DNA of 32,000 bases from Acaryochloris marina MBIC11017 (GTDB taxonomy: Bacteria > Cyanobacteriota > Cyanobacteriia > Thermosynechococcales > Thermosynechococcaceae): assembly GCF_000018105.1 (NCBI RefSeq), contig NC_009925.1, positions 6,330,001 to 6,362,000 on the forward strand. The letters run 5' to 3'. How positions within the stretch are numbered: the stretch's first letter is position 1; each line of letters begins with the position of its first letter. The notes under the pieces were generated by a model. It had not been told where the DNA came from and made no database searches. It saw only the letters and a program-made list of their open reading frames with translations. The position numbers were made by a program, and so were the translations under genes. Positions 17,961-28,500 of the stretch are shown here, piece after piece.

Positions 17961-18734
17961 TTAAGAAGTGAGGCATTTAAAAGCTCTGACTGCCAACACT
18001 TCGCCAATCTTAACGGGCCTTTGGATAAATCCCATCACCATTGCTGGGGTTCGCTGGTATCCATGGCTGTAGTGAGCACGACACCAATTGTGAATCAATC
18101 GCTGCACATTCAGCGCTCTTTGTAATCCCTCAACGGTTTTGGCATAGTGATTCTGGCGTCTACGATAACCGCTAGCCCGTCGTCTTAAAGAACTGTGGAG
18201 GGCTTCAAGATGATTGGCATGGACATCGCTCTTGGGGCTAATGGCCGTATAAGGATGCTCTCGATTAACCCACATTACCCGAGGTTTTCCTTGAGATCCT
18301 TTGATCTTCATTGCCACCTCTAAACCCGCTCGCCATACTTTGCGGAAAGGATAGGCCTGAGTCGTGGTACTCCTAGGCAAGTAGGCACTCGCTAGCTTCC
18401 ATAATACCTTGGAGTATCGACGTTCTCCACCTGTGAACCAACGAATCGATGAACTGGGTTTAGCCCAATCCCAAGCAGCTTTGACACTTTTCTCAAATAA
18501 TGATTCATCCTTAAGACCCGCGCGAGCCTCGAACCAATAGCGACTCTCACGGTCGATGAAATGAATAGTCCAACCTTCACTGAGCCAGGGGGGGAAGATT
18601 GTTACCCACGCGGGTGTACACTTCATCTCCTTCAATTGTGACCTCAGCTTCTTTTGGAGAAGGAGGAGAGAAATTTGATAATTGTGCGGATAAACGCTTC
18701 TCCCAAAGGAGAATACTGGTGGGAGATTTCCCAA
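17961..18734 (-). CDS. IS1-family OrfB (catalytic part; needs a +1 shift from OrfA)
   Basis: The frame overlaps OrfA over 18577..18734. It reads EGWTIHFIDRESRYW.. and ends with the C-terminal ..RTPAMVMGF.. motif. There is no independent start near the overlap. Confidence 0.8.
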   Translation of the reverse strand: MGNLPPVFSFGRSVYPHNYQISLLLLQKKLRSQLKEMKCTPAWVTIFPPWLSEGWTIHFIDRESRYWFEARAGLKDESLFEKSVKAAWDWAKPSSSIRWFTGGERRYSKVLWKLASAYLPRSTTTQAYPFRKVWRAGLEVAMKIKGSQGKPRVMWVNREHPYTAISPKSDVHANHLEALHSSLRRRASGYRRRQNHYAKTVEGLQRALNVQRLIHNWCRAHYSHGYQRTPAMVMGFIQRPVKIGEVLAVRAFKCLTS

Positions 18735-18957
18735 GTACTCTCCCTGCGGCTCTAATCCCTAGACCTTCAGTGCGGGCATTGATGGCCATTGATATCGTCT
18801 CTACTGGCGTTCTCAATCTCGCCATCGGCGTCCCACTACGCTCGTTGAAGCGACGACCACAGTCTTTGCACAGAAAGTACTGAACCACTTGAGCTGTTTT
18901 CAGCGTCTTAGTTCCATTCTTAACAACATTCTCGCTTTGACAATGGATACATTGCAT
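18577..18957 (-). CDS. IS1-family OrfA (InsA-like zinc-finger/HTH)
   Basis: 126 aa, with CIHCQS..CKDCGRRF zinc finger and an HTH. It ends just after a C7 run. Confidence 0.85.
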   Translation of the reverse strand: MQCIHCQSENVVKNGTKTLKTAQVVQYFLCKDCGRRFNERSGTPMARLRTPVETISMAINARTEGLGIRAAGRVLGKSPTSILLWEKRLSAQLSNFSPPSPKEAEVTIEGDEVYTRVGNNLPPLAQ

Positions 18958-19033
18958 TGCTCTGAAACTGATACTGCAGAATCATCCTAGCAGTCACTTC
19001 TTAAATGAACAGTGCCTGAGATAATTTTATCAG

Positions 19034-19600
19034 TCAGCCCAGGCTATAAGTTGTGCAACCCCAGTGTTCCATTTTCGGTATTCGGGGACCACACCATCCT
19101 CGTTTTTTTAATTCTCTAGCAATAAACAGATTGGTGATGCCATGGCCAACTAAAACAACAGAGCTAGCTTCATAAGATTGCTGTTCTAATAATTCGGCAG
19201 CTTTTTTCACTCGTTTTTTGATGTGGGCTTGAGATTGAGCATGTGATGAGCAACCCAAACTCAATAGCAACCTATCCAGAAAAAGCCAGATATGGAAGGG
19301 TAAACGAATATTGATGGGACACTCAAGCCAAAAATCTACTTCACGAAAAATGGGATCACTGACAGGAGGAATGGTAGATTCAAGGATTTGGGCAGAGTGC
19401 ATCGAACGAGGAATATCGCTTGTGAACACTAGTTTTGCTGATTGAACGAGTACTTGAACATCACCTGTAGGAAAGGAGTCACTGGCAATCTTAGCTGATT
19501 GAATTCGATTAATGACCTGTGGTAACTCGTGACCACCTATCCACCCTTGTGGAGTGATGGTAGGTTTCCCATGTCTTATCAAGGATATGGTTCTGCTCAT
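19034..19600 (-). CDS. histidine phosphatase family (phosphoglycerate mutase-like) protein
   Basis: 188 aa with the RHG motif (SLIRHGKP) and a second His motif (LVGHGITN). Confidence 0.8.
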   Translation of the reverse strand: MSRTISLIRHGKPTITPQGWIGGHELPQVINRIQSAKIASDSFPTGDVQVLVQSAKLVFTSDIPRSMHSAQILESTIPPVSDPIFREVDFWLECPINIRLPFHIWLFLDRLLLSLGCSSHAQSQAHIKKRVKKAAELLEQQSYEASSVVLVGHGITNLFIARELKKRGWCGPRIPKMEHWGCTTYSLG

Positions 19601-19753
19601 ATCTCAGATGTCTATTGTTCATCACTAAAGATAGGCTAGCTCACAATGGAAGATGCCAAATTTAGTTAAATTACCTCCGGCAGAGCTGGAGGCTTATTAT
19701 GATTAACCCCTCAAAGGGGCTGGGGAATAGCCCCAAGGGGCAACTCTTTAGCA

Positions 19754-20180
19754 TCAACCTAACGGTAGGCTTAGCTGCTCCAGGCGGGCATCCTCTAACT
19801 CCTGATTGCGAATATATGCTCGAACCATCCCTTCATACAAATCCACTGTCGATACATAGTAACCTCACGCCCAAAAGCTCTCTCCTGAATAATTTCGTCG
19901 CTTTCCCATAAATTGACGGGCAATCGCTATGGCACTCTTGCCTTTCATAAAACCCACTACACCTGAGACTGCATGCTTTGGTGGAATACTCATACACATA
20001 TGAACATGGTCTGGCAGCAAATGACCTTCTAATATTTCAACATCACGTTGTTCTGCCAAGTCTCGAAATAAAACTCCTAAACGGATACGAAGACTACCAT
20101 ATATGACTCTCCGACGACGCTTAGGAATGAATACAATATGATGCAATCCCATGTCGTATGATTTAGCTTCTTAGGTGACA
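19754..20180 (-). pseudogene. tnpA: IS200-type Y1 (HUH) transposase TnpA with a frameshift and an in-frame TGA
   Basis: ATG 20180 opens MSPKKLNHTTWDC, then the frame shifts into HHIVFIPKRRRRVIYG..LPDHVHMCMSIPPK (HUH)..GESFWA. TGA at 19867..19865 sits where homologues have Arg, and the frame continues GYYVSTVDLYEGMVRAYIRNQE.. to TGA 19756..19754. Confidence 0.85.
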
Positions 20181-20186
20181 TTTCTT

Positions 20187-20211
20187 TCTCCTTGCGAGAA
20201 AACTGCAAGGA
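20187..20211 (-). promoter_or_regulatory. RBS-sequestering hairpin of IS200 tnpA
   Basis: Perfect 8-bp stem CTCCTTGC / GCAAGGAG with a 9-nt loop. On the mRNA strand the 3' arm contains AAGGAG, 6 nt upstream of the ATG at 20180. Confidence 0.55.
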
Positions 20212-20504
20212 GAATTTTCTACCGTTGCACCCGGTCAAACCTACGAGAGTCTCCCCGGCAGAGCCGGGGGCTTACCAATATTTAGTTACACACAGCTCTC
20301 CTAGCGTTAGGATGCCCCGCATTTGTGTAGATTGCCCTATTATTTCCCAAAGTCCATATACAGGATAAAGATCCACTTGTTGCCGATGGCTCATTATTAT
20401 GGGCATCACAGTTTGAGAATTTTTTTGCTAGGTCCTTCCTGGTTGATGGCACTTTTTTAGGTGCTCTGTGTTTTTCAACACAGTTACTGCATTGGGGTGT
20501 GAGC

Positions 20505-20537
20505 AATAATGAATATAATGCAAATATATTCATTATT
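20505..20537. promoter_or_regulatory. perfect 13-bp inverted repeat; candidate TetR operator overlapping a TATAAT box
   Basis: AATAATGAATATA (20505..20517), then atgcaaa, then TATATTCATTATT (20525..20537), 17 nt upstream of the P450 ATG. TATAAT lies at 20514..20519. A TetR gene is the next gene downstream. Confidence 0.5.
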
Positions 20538-20554
20538 CACTTAACGTTTACCTT

Positions 20555-21965
20555 ATGCCTGACCTCAAAGAAGTCCCTCAACAGGGAACGAAACGCTATC
20601 TACCAGCCCCGCCAGGACCACCAGGGTATCTGCTCTTTAAGCTTCCCTCCTTACAAAAAACGCCCATTGAATACCTGGGCGCACTCCATCGAGAGTATGG
20701 GGATTTAGTCCGATTGCCGATCATGCCGGGTTTGAAGCTGTACTCAGCCATTCATCCCGACCATGTAGAGCATATTTTATCCACACACCCAAACCGATAT
20801 GGCAAGCCTGATTTTTTCCTAAAACCGATGGGATTAGTTCAGGGGCAGGGGTTATTTACCAGCGAAGGTGACTTATGGCAGAAACATCGACGGTTGATGC
20901 AGCCTGCTTTCCAGCAGAAAAAGCTGGTTTATATCCATACGGTGATGCTCCAATGCGTTCAGTCCCTGATCCAGGAATGGGAGGAGAAGCCAGAGGGAGC
21001 AGTCATTGATATCGCGGCTGAAATGACCCGCCTGACGCTCCAGATCGTTAGTCTAGCCCTATTTAGCGTCGATATCAGTCAAGACATCTGATGCGTTGGG
21101 TAAAGCCTTCCGAACGGCATTGGCGTATGTTTACTTTCGTCTAACTTCCCCCCTTGCGGCACCAGTTTGGCTGCCCACACCTCGAAATTTAAAATTTCGC
21201 CAAGCCAAACAAACCTTGAATCGCATCGTTTTAGATATTATCCAATCGCGTCGCCATGATCGGACCGAACATTATGATTTGCTTTCCATATTGCTGACTG
21301 CCCAGGATGCAGAGACTCAAACTGGAATGAGCGATCGCCAATTGCAAGATGAAGTCATTACTCTTATCAATGCAGGCCATGAAACAACGGCGACGGCATT
21401 AGCCTGGACCTGGTATGTCTTGGGTACCCATCCTCATATCTTGACCAGGATAGAGGATGAAATCAACACTGAATTGGGTGCAGAGGCTCCCAGTTTTGAG
21501 ACATTGCCGCGACTGGAATATACCGGACGTGTCTTTGATGAGTCTTTGCGGCTTTATCCACCGGGAATAGGGCTAGCGCCGAGAATGGCACTGGAGCGGG
21601 ATGAGCTGCAAGGATTTGCTATTCCCAAGGGTGCCATCATTAATATCAACAGTTACTTTACGTCTCGCCATCGCCAGTATTGGGATAATGCTGAGCAGTT
21701 TGATCCAGATCGCTTTCTACCTGACCCAGTCAATCGCCACAAGTATGCCTATCTCCCGTTTGGGGCCGGACCCCATGTCTGTATTGGTAAGAATTTTGCC
21801 CTGATGGAGGCGAAGACAATCTTGGCAGCGATCATTCAAAAGTTTAATATCTCGTTAGTGCCAAATCAGCCGATTGAAATTGATCCAAGATTTACCTTAC
21901 GCCCAAAATATGGCATTAAAGTGACGATCCACAAAAAGATTGATCGATATGCAGCGACTGGATGA
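20555..21965 (+). pseudogene. cytochrome P450 with a frameshift near 21085
   Basis: ORFs 20555..21091 and 21096..21965 are the N- and C-terminal parts of one P450: I-helix AGHETT, ESLRLYPP (ExxR), and heme loop FGAGPHVCIGKNFA. The frame changes between ..LFSVDISQD and SDALGKAFRTAL. Confidence 0.85.
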
Positions 21966-22530
21966 GGCCAAACGAGATGCGATTTTGCAAGCGGCAAAGC
22001 AACGGCTGAGTCAATATGGGGTCAAGAAGACGACCATGCAGGAAATTGCCAAGGATGCAGGTATAGCGGTTGGCACACTCTATCTATATTTCAAGAACAA
22101 AAATCAGATTTTGATTGCGGCAGCTGAAGCGTATGTTCAGCAACATATGCTTGATTCAAATCAGATTTTACAGTCACCGTTGCCAACCCCTGAAAAGCTT
22201 AAACGTTATCTGGTTAATCGTTTCCGTGCTGTTCAAGACCATCGATTAAGTGGAACTCATGCCGCAGAACTTGCTCGGGCGGTGATGCGCCTTAAAACAG
22301 AGATGCAGGAAGAAGAAAGTCAGGTGGTTAGAGATAATGTTGCGTTTCTACTTAAAGAAGGGATTCAGGCAAACGTTTTTAAGGTTGAAAACTTTGAACA
22401 AGATCTGAAGGTGTTCTTGTACTCCATTGGGTATTTTTTCCCCAAGCCGACAACGGAAGATCACTACGAACTGGATGAAAAAAATTTAGAGATGGTGATC
22501 GAGTGGTTTATCAGGCAATGGCAAGTGTAA
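21949..22530 (+). CDS. TetR/AcrR-family transcriptional regulator
   Basis: N-terminal HTH: ILQAAKQRLSQYGVKKTTMQEIAKDAGIAVGTLYLYFKNK. ATG 21949 overlaps the P450 stop by 17 nt (the track start is TTG 21940). Confidence 0.85.
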   Translation: MQRLDEAKRDAILQAAKQRLSQYGVKKTTMQEIAKDAGIAVGTLYLYFKNKNQILIAAAEAYVQQHMLDSNQILQSPLPTPEKLKRYLVNRFRAVQDHRLSGTHAAELARAVMRLKTEMQEEESQVVRDNVAFLLKEGIQANVFKVENFEQDLKVFLYSIGYFFPKPTTEDHYELDEKNLEMVIEWFIRQWQV

Positions 22531-22547
22531 GTTTTGCAAGGCTAGAA

Positions 22548-25500
22548 TCAACGTCCAGATCTGCCATCCTCTTCCCTGCCTGGGGAGGATGCATTGGGCT
22601 GCACTGGCATCTTCACTTCTATCGTGGTTCCCTCACCAGGATGACTGGTGATTTTGACTTGGCCTTGATAACGGACCGTGCGCTCACGAATCCCCACTAG
22701 TCCAAATCCTGTTATATCTGCCACATCTTGGGGTTCAAAGCCCACGCCATCATCCGTGACACAAAGGCCAACCTCTTGGTCTGTGAAGGCCAGGGTAACG
22801 GTGAGGGTTTTGGCCTGGGCATGACGGAGAACATTGGTAATGGCCTCTTGACCAATGCGGAGGAGATTGAGCTGCAGCCCTTCTTCCAGAAGAATGGGAG
22901 TCCCCTGAATTTGGAATTCCGTCTGTAAGGACGTATTGAGGGTCATCTGGGTAAGATTTTTCTGAAGCGCTTTGACAAGCGTTTCGCGTTCCAGGGCTTC
23001 GGAGCGCAGAGCGTGCACCGAACGGCGAGCTTCGGAAAGACCCTGGTGGGTGAGGTCGCGGGCCTGGTCGAGATAGCTCTTTGCGGTTTCAGGCTGTTGG
23101 CTCAAGATATTTTTAGCGGCTTCGAGCTGGAGAGAGATACCCGTAAACGCCTGGGCCAGGGTGTCGTGAATCTCGCGGGCAAGGCGATTGCGCTCATCGG
23201 TGAGGGCGTTGGTTCGGGCCTGTTCAGCCAGACGGGTGAGATGAATAGCGAGGGTAGCTTGGTTGGTGAGGGCTTGGACAAATTCGAGCTGTTCAGTGCT
23301 GAGAACAGTTTGATCGCAAAAGGCAAAACCAATAAATCCAATGGGTTGGTTGCCAATTTTCATACAAGCACAGGTGGCAGACTGGTGGCCCCGGGAGGTA
23401 TGCCACTCTAAGGTTGTGGGCCAGAGGAACGTTGCGGCTTTGGGATTGTCATCGTCTAAGGTGAAGGGCTTATCAGAGCTGATGAGGATTTGCCAAGCTG
23501 CTGTAATATCGGCAGGAATATCGGTGTAGAAAAGTTCAGGGTCGTTAGGCGCATTGCCGAGGTAAACAGTATTGTTTTGAACGGCGAGCTGGGAGTGCAA
23601 AGTATGAGTCTCGGCATCATACAAAAATAGGTGGGTATCATCTGCGCCAATTTGCTCGATGATTTGGGTCAAGATTTGGCCAAGAAAGCGATCCAGTTCT
23701 GGCTCGGTGGTGAGGGCATTCAGGGTTTGAGATATCGCTTCATTGGTTTTGGCTAGCTCCGCCGCCCGCTCCTGCGCAGCTTTTTCCCGCTCGGCCAGAA
23801 CCTCTTTCTCGGCAGCTTCCCGAGCTTGACGGGTGCGATCGCATTCCACAGCACCCCCCACTGCAGAAGCAGCAGTTTCTAAAACCGCAATTTCGGCATC
23901 GCTCCAGACCCGCTCTTCCACACAATCATCTAATCCTAATAATCCCCACCATTCTCCACCCACCGTAATGGGAACCCCCACAAGAGAGAGAACTTGCCCA
24001 GGTTGACGATCTGCGGGATTGATACCGTCCAATTCACTGGCCAGAAATTGAGTTGCCCGTCCTGCTTTGAGGGGAGCGGTTAGATGGTCAGGAAAGCGAT
24101 CGATGGGAACTGGGAAATGAGCCCCTACCTCCATTTTGGGTGGAATCTGAGGGGCATCCCACTCCAGCATCAGGTTGAACAACAGTTGGCCTGTTTGCTC
24201 ATCTAGTGAATTCCGCAAAATATAGGCCCGACACTGGCCCGTTCCCTCACCCAAGATTTTCAGCATTGTGGGTAATGCCGTAGCCAGGTCTTCATTAGCT
24301 ACCAAGCTCTGGGCGGCAGCATTAACGCTATTGAGTAACGTATCGCGCTGTTGAAGTTGGCGATTGTAGATTTCCAGAGCAGCAGCTCGTTTTTGGGCCG
24401 CTTGTTCCCGCTCTTGCTGCAGAAGGGTATCGCGTTCAGCCTGTTCGCGATTGCATCTCATTTGCTCTCGATAGATAGCACTGCCAATACAGGTGGCAAC
24501 GGTTTTAAACACGGCTAATTCCGCAGAGGTAAGCTGCCGCAATTCACGGCAGTAGTCCATAAACATCACCCCCCAGAACTCCGCCTCAATAAAGATGGGG
24601 ACGGCATAGGTCGAGAGGGTACCAAGGCTCCGCATTGTGTTGCGAAAGGGTTCGGGCTGTTCTTCTACGGGGCCACCGACGGGCTGGCCTGTCATCAAAT
24701 GCCAGGTCCACTCAGCAAAGTCATTGGCAGGCATCTGGTGAAGTTCTAGATTGTCGATTTGAGCAGCAGTACCCGCTGAATCCCATTCATAAAGGATCTG
24801 GAAATGACCTAGCTCAGTCACATCAGCAACATGACGCATCACGCCCAGGCGATCGCTCTCTAGATTGGTGCCAATCGTCTGCAGAGCTGTGTTAACACTA
24901 GTCGCAATGTCGGCGGTTAGGAGCTGGTTGGCAGCGGTAGCGGTGGTCTCTAACCAGCGATCGCGAATGGTCAGGACTTGGTTGGCAACTTCCAGCTCAG
25001 CCGCACGGGCTGCGCGTTCCCGTTCGATGAGAGCTTTGCGCTCGGCAGCTTCACGGGCTTTGCGGATGCGATCTCGATCAATGGCATTGCCGATACAATC
25101 CGCTACGGTTTGTAGGGCCGTAAGTTCAGCTACGCTACGCTGCCGCTGCTGGCGACAATCTCCAAACACCACGGTGCCCCAATACTGCTCGCGCAAAATA
25201 ATAGGGACCGCATGTAACGTTTGGATGTTCATAAACGCCATAGAACTACGAAACGGCTCCATCATCTGTTCCGTTTTGATGCTAAAACTTTCACCTCGTT
25301 GATGTATCGCGTAGAGCTGAACAGCTCCACCATAGGTTCCTTGCATGGGGTCTGGATAGCAAAGTTCGGCGACAGGGGTCATCTCAGGAATAGACCACTC
25401 ATGAATCACTAGCCAGTGCCCAGGGCTGGTTTCGGTGAGATCTTCAAGATGTTGGGCAATGCCAACCCGATCCGTTCCTACGGCTTCCCCAATGAGTTGG

Positions 25501-28500
25501 AGCGCTTGCTTAATTTCACCTGCAAAGTCTTTATCTGTTAGCAAAACATTGGCTGCTGCTGCTGTGGCTTCCAAGATGCGATCTCGTTCAGCTAGCTCTG
25601 CTACACGGGCTTTAGCAGCGGCCTCTTTTTCCTTGCGGGCGTCGTTTCGCTCAATCGCATTTCCGATGCAATTGGCAAGGGTTCTAAGTGCTTCCAGTTC
25701 GGCTTCGCTACGGCGAGTTTGGTTGTGGCAATCATCAAGGGCAACAATGCCCCAGTAATGGTTATTAACGATGATGGGCACAGCATAGACAGACTGAGCA
25801 CCTAACGCCTGCTGTCCACTTCGAAATGGCTCCGGCAGCTCTTCGACAACGCCGCCAAACACCTCTCCTCGGGCAAGCTGTTCTACTACGAACTCTATGC
25901 CGCTGTCGCTAATCCGCGCTAATTCAGGATGATCAATTTGCCGCGAGACACCTGCTGTATCCCACTCATAGATCTCTTGATGATAACCAGGGGTGTCGGC
26001 AGTTGCATCAAAATGTCTCATCACCCCAGCCCGATCAACCGCTAACCCCAGCCCGATAATTTCTATTGCCCGGTTTACGGCACTGTCAAAATCCCCCTCG
26101 GTGAGCATGATGTTGGCGGCAGCAGCAGCAGCTTCTAGGATGCGATCGCGTTCAGCAAGCTCTGCCACACGAGCTTTGGCAGCGGCCTCTTTTTCCTTGC
26201 GGGTGCGATCGCGGGTAATGGCTCCCCCCACGCAGTTCGCTGCTGTTTTGAGGGCGACGAGTTCAACCTCCGTCAACAACTTCCGCTCGCGGCAGTGGTC
26301 AACTCCAAAAACCCCCCAATACTGACCTTCCATAAAAATTGGAATGTTATGGGTAGATTTTACATTCACCGCTTGCTGGAGAGAACGAAAGGGTTCGGGC
26401 AAGTCTTCAAGAACCTGACCAAAGGCTTCATCCCTGAGATTTGCTTCATACCAACTTTCTAAACCCATTTCTTCCCAGGGGAAATCGGTCATAGCTTCAG
26501 AATCTCGGAGCTGAGAGCCAACGCCGGGAGCATGCCACTCGTACAGAAATCGCACGAAGCCTGAAGTTTCTCCTGCTGGATCGTCGAACTGCTGACCAAC
26601 CCCAATGCGATCAAACCCTAGGCTGTCGCCTAGAATTTGGAGAGCCTGACTCACTGATGCATCAAAATCTTCGCTATTGAGCAATACCTTGGACGCTGTC
26701 GCCGTTGCCTGAAGAATGCGATCTCGTTTTGCTAACTCAGCAATTTGTGCTTTAGCGGCAGCTTCCCGCTCCTGTAATAAAGCCGTTTGCCTTGTTCCTT
26801 CAGCTAGGTTTGCAAGCTGAATCGCCAAAGCAGCCTGGTCTGCTAAGGCTCGAATCAGGTCTCGATCTTCATCCCTAAGATCAACTTCATGATCAAAGGT
26901 GAGTCCTAGCATTCCGATAGGTTGATCACCTGCAAATAAAGCCACAGCCGCCGCTTCTTTATGTCCGGATCGACGGTGCCATTCTGTCGTCCCAGGCCAC
27001 ATCAGATCTGAATCGACATCTAAATAAACACCATATAAACCAATCTCACGGGTTTGACATAAATCCGGGTAGGCTGGCGTAATATCGGTTGGGAAGGGGT
27101 GTTGAAATAACTCAGGATCAGTTGCAGATGCACCAATACGGATCTGCCCTTTTTGGACTGAAAGCCGCAACTCTAAGGTGTTGGTAGGTATGTCCTGTAA
27201 GAACACGTAACCGGAATAAGCGCCAGCAGCCTGATTGATGAGGTGGGTCACATGACCTAAAAAAGCATTGAGATCTGTTTGACTCGCGAGATTAGTAAGA
27301 CTGGTTTGTAAAATACTGTTGACTTGAGACAGCTCCTCAGCACGAGCCTGAGCTGTTGCTTCACGTTCTTTGCGAGTGCGATCGCGTTCAATCGCGCTGC
27401 CAATGCAAGCCGCTGCTGTTTCTAGAACAGCGATTTCCGACTCACTCCATACCCGCTCAGTTGTACAGTCATCAAATCCCAAAACCCCCCACCATTGGCT
27501 AGAGACAGCGATGGGTACAGCAATCAATGACAATGTTTGGCCTTCTTCATTTATTTGTAAGGCTTTACCTTGCAAATCACGAGCTAAAAACTGAACTTCT
27601 TGTCCAGCTGAGAAAGAGTCATTCACAATGGGGGGGAAAGAAGCCATTGCAAGGGGCCAGTCAACGGTTGTAATCTCTGCACTTGAAGGAATCCCTTCCT
27701 TCACCCATTCGTAGGGCATCTCCCAAACCCCCTCATCCGGCCCCTTGGGAAACACATTCTCAAACACATAAACCCGATCCTGCTGGGTTCCCTGTCCCAA
27801 TATTTTCAATGCCTCTGGAATCGCTTGCTCTAGCTCACTCGTTGCAACTAAGCACTGCGCTGCTGCATTTACACTTTTGAGTAGTGCATCTCGCCGCTGT
27901 AGTTCTGCTAGATTATCGCGCCGTTCCAACGCTCCCGCGCAACTTGCTGCTGCCGTCTCCAGCACTGCAATCTCTGCCTCACTCCATACCCGCTCGGTGG
28001 TGCAGTCATCGAAGCCAAAGTTCCCCCAATACTCGCCCCTTACAAAAATGGGCACTGTGAGCACTGACAGCGCTTGTTCCTGGACTTGTTTATCCTGCCC
28101 TAACACTGACATTTCTCGGGCCAACTTTTGTATAGGTTGGCCCGTCTTTAAACCAGATAGCCATTCGCTATATCCCTCAATTTCGTCGTAAAACATTGGA
28201 AATTGATTGGGAAGCTCACTTGCTTTTACAACACCCGCTGTTGTCCACTCATAGGGACAGGTTGCGAACTCTCTGCGGGTATTCTGCTCTATATGATTTT
28301 GATAGACAAAGATGCGATCGATTTCTGCAGCAGTTGCGATCGCTTCCAGAGCACCATTAACCGCCGTATCAAAATCTGCGATGGTTAGCAATTTTCGAGC
28401 TGCTTCCGCCACCCCCATAAGCAGGCAGTCTTGTCGTAGCCCCCCTTCCCTTTGTAATTGCTGTGGTCCATCTTCAAGTACTCCAGTCATTACGACTCGC

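Larger units (their letters stand above)
17949..19016 (-). mobile_element. IS1-family insertion sequence, 1068 bp
   Basis: 22-bp inverted repeats GGCACTGTTCAGTTAAGAAGTG (17949..17970) and CACTTCTTAAATGAACAGTGCC (18995..19016), 21/22. 9-bp TSD TGATATAAT (17940..17948) versus TGAGATAAT (19017..19025), 8/9. Confidence 0.88.
19674..20273 (-). mobile_element. IS200/IS605-family element (decayed), ends approximate
   Basis: The tnpA pseudogene is flanked by two same-orientation subterminal hairpin motifs, CCGGCAGAGCTGGAGGCTTA (19677..19696) and CCGGCAGAGCCGGGGGCTTA (20254..20273), 18/20. No TSD is expected for this family. Confidence 0.7.

Noticed and set aside
19699-19911. Plus-strand ORF of 70 aa
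   Set aside because: It is antisense to the 3' end of the IS200 tnpA pseudogene and its hairpin-rich end. No motif and no start context.
20282-20708. Track ORFs 20282..20533 (-) and 20499..20708 (+)
   Set aside because: They lie in the P450 promoter/leader region or overlap the P450 start out of frame. They have no recognisable motif and a low-complexity translation.
25573-26203. Repeated units considered as a possible CRISPR array or other non-coding repeat
   Set aside because: The repeats are 564 bp apart, in phase with the protein module structure, imperfect, and lie inside a long ORF. There is no short repeat/spacer periodicity anywhere in the window.
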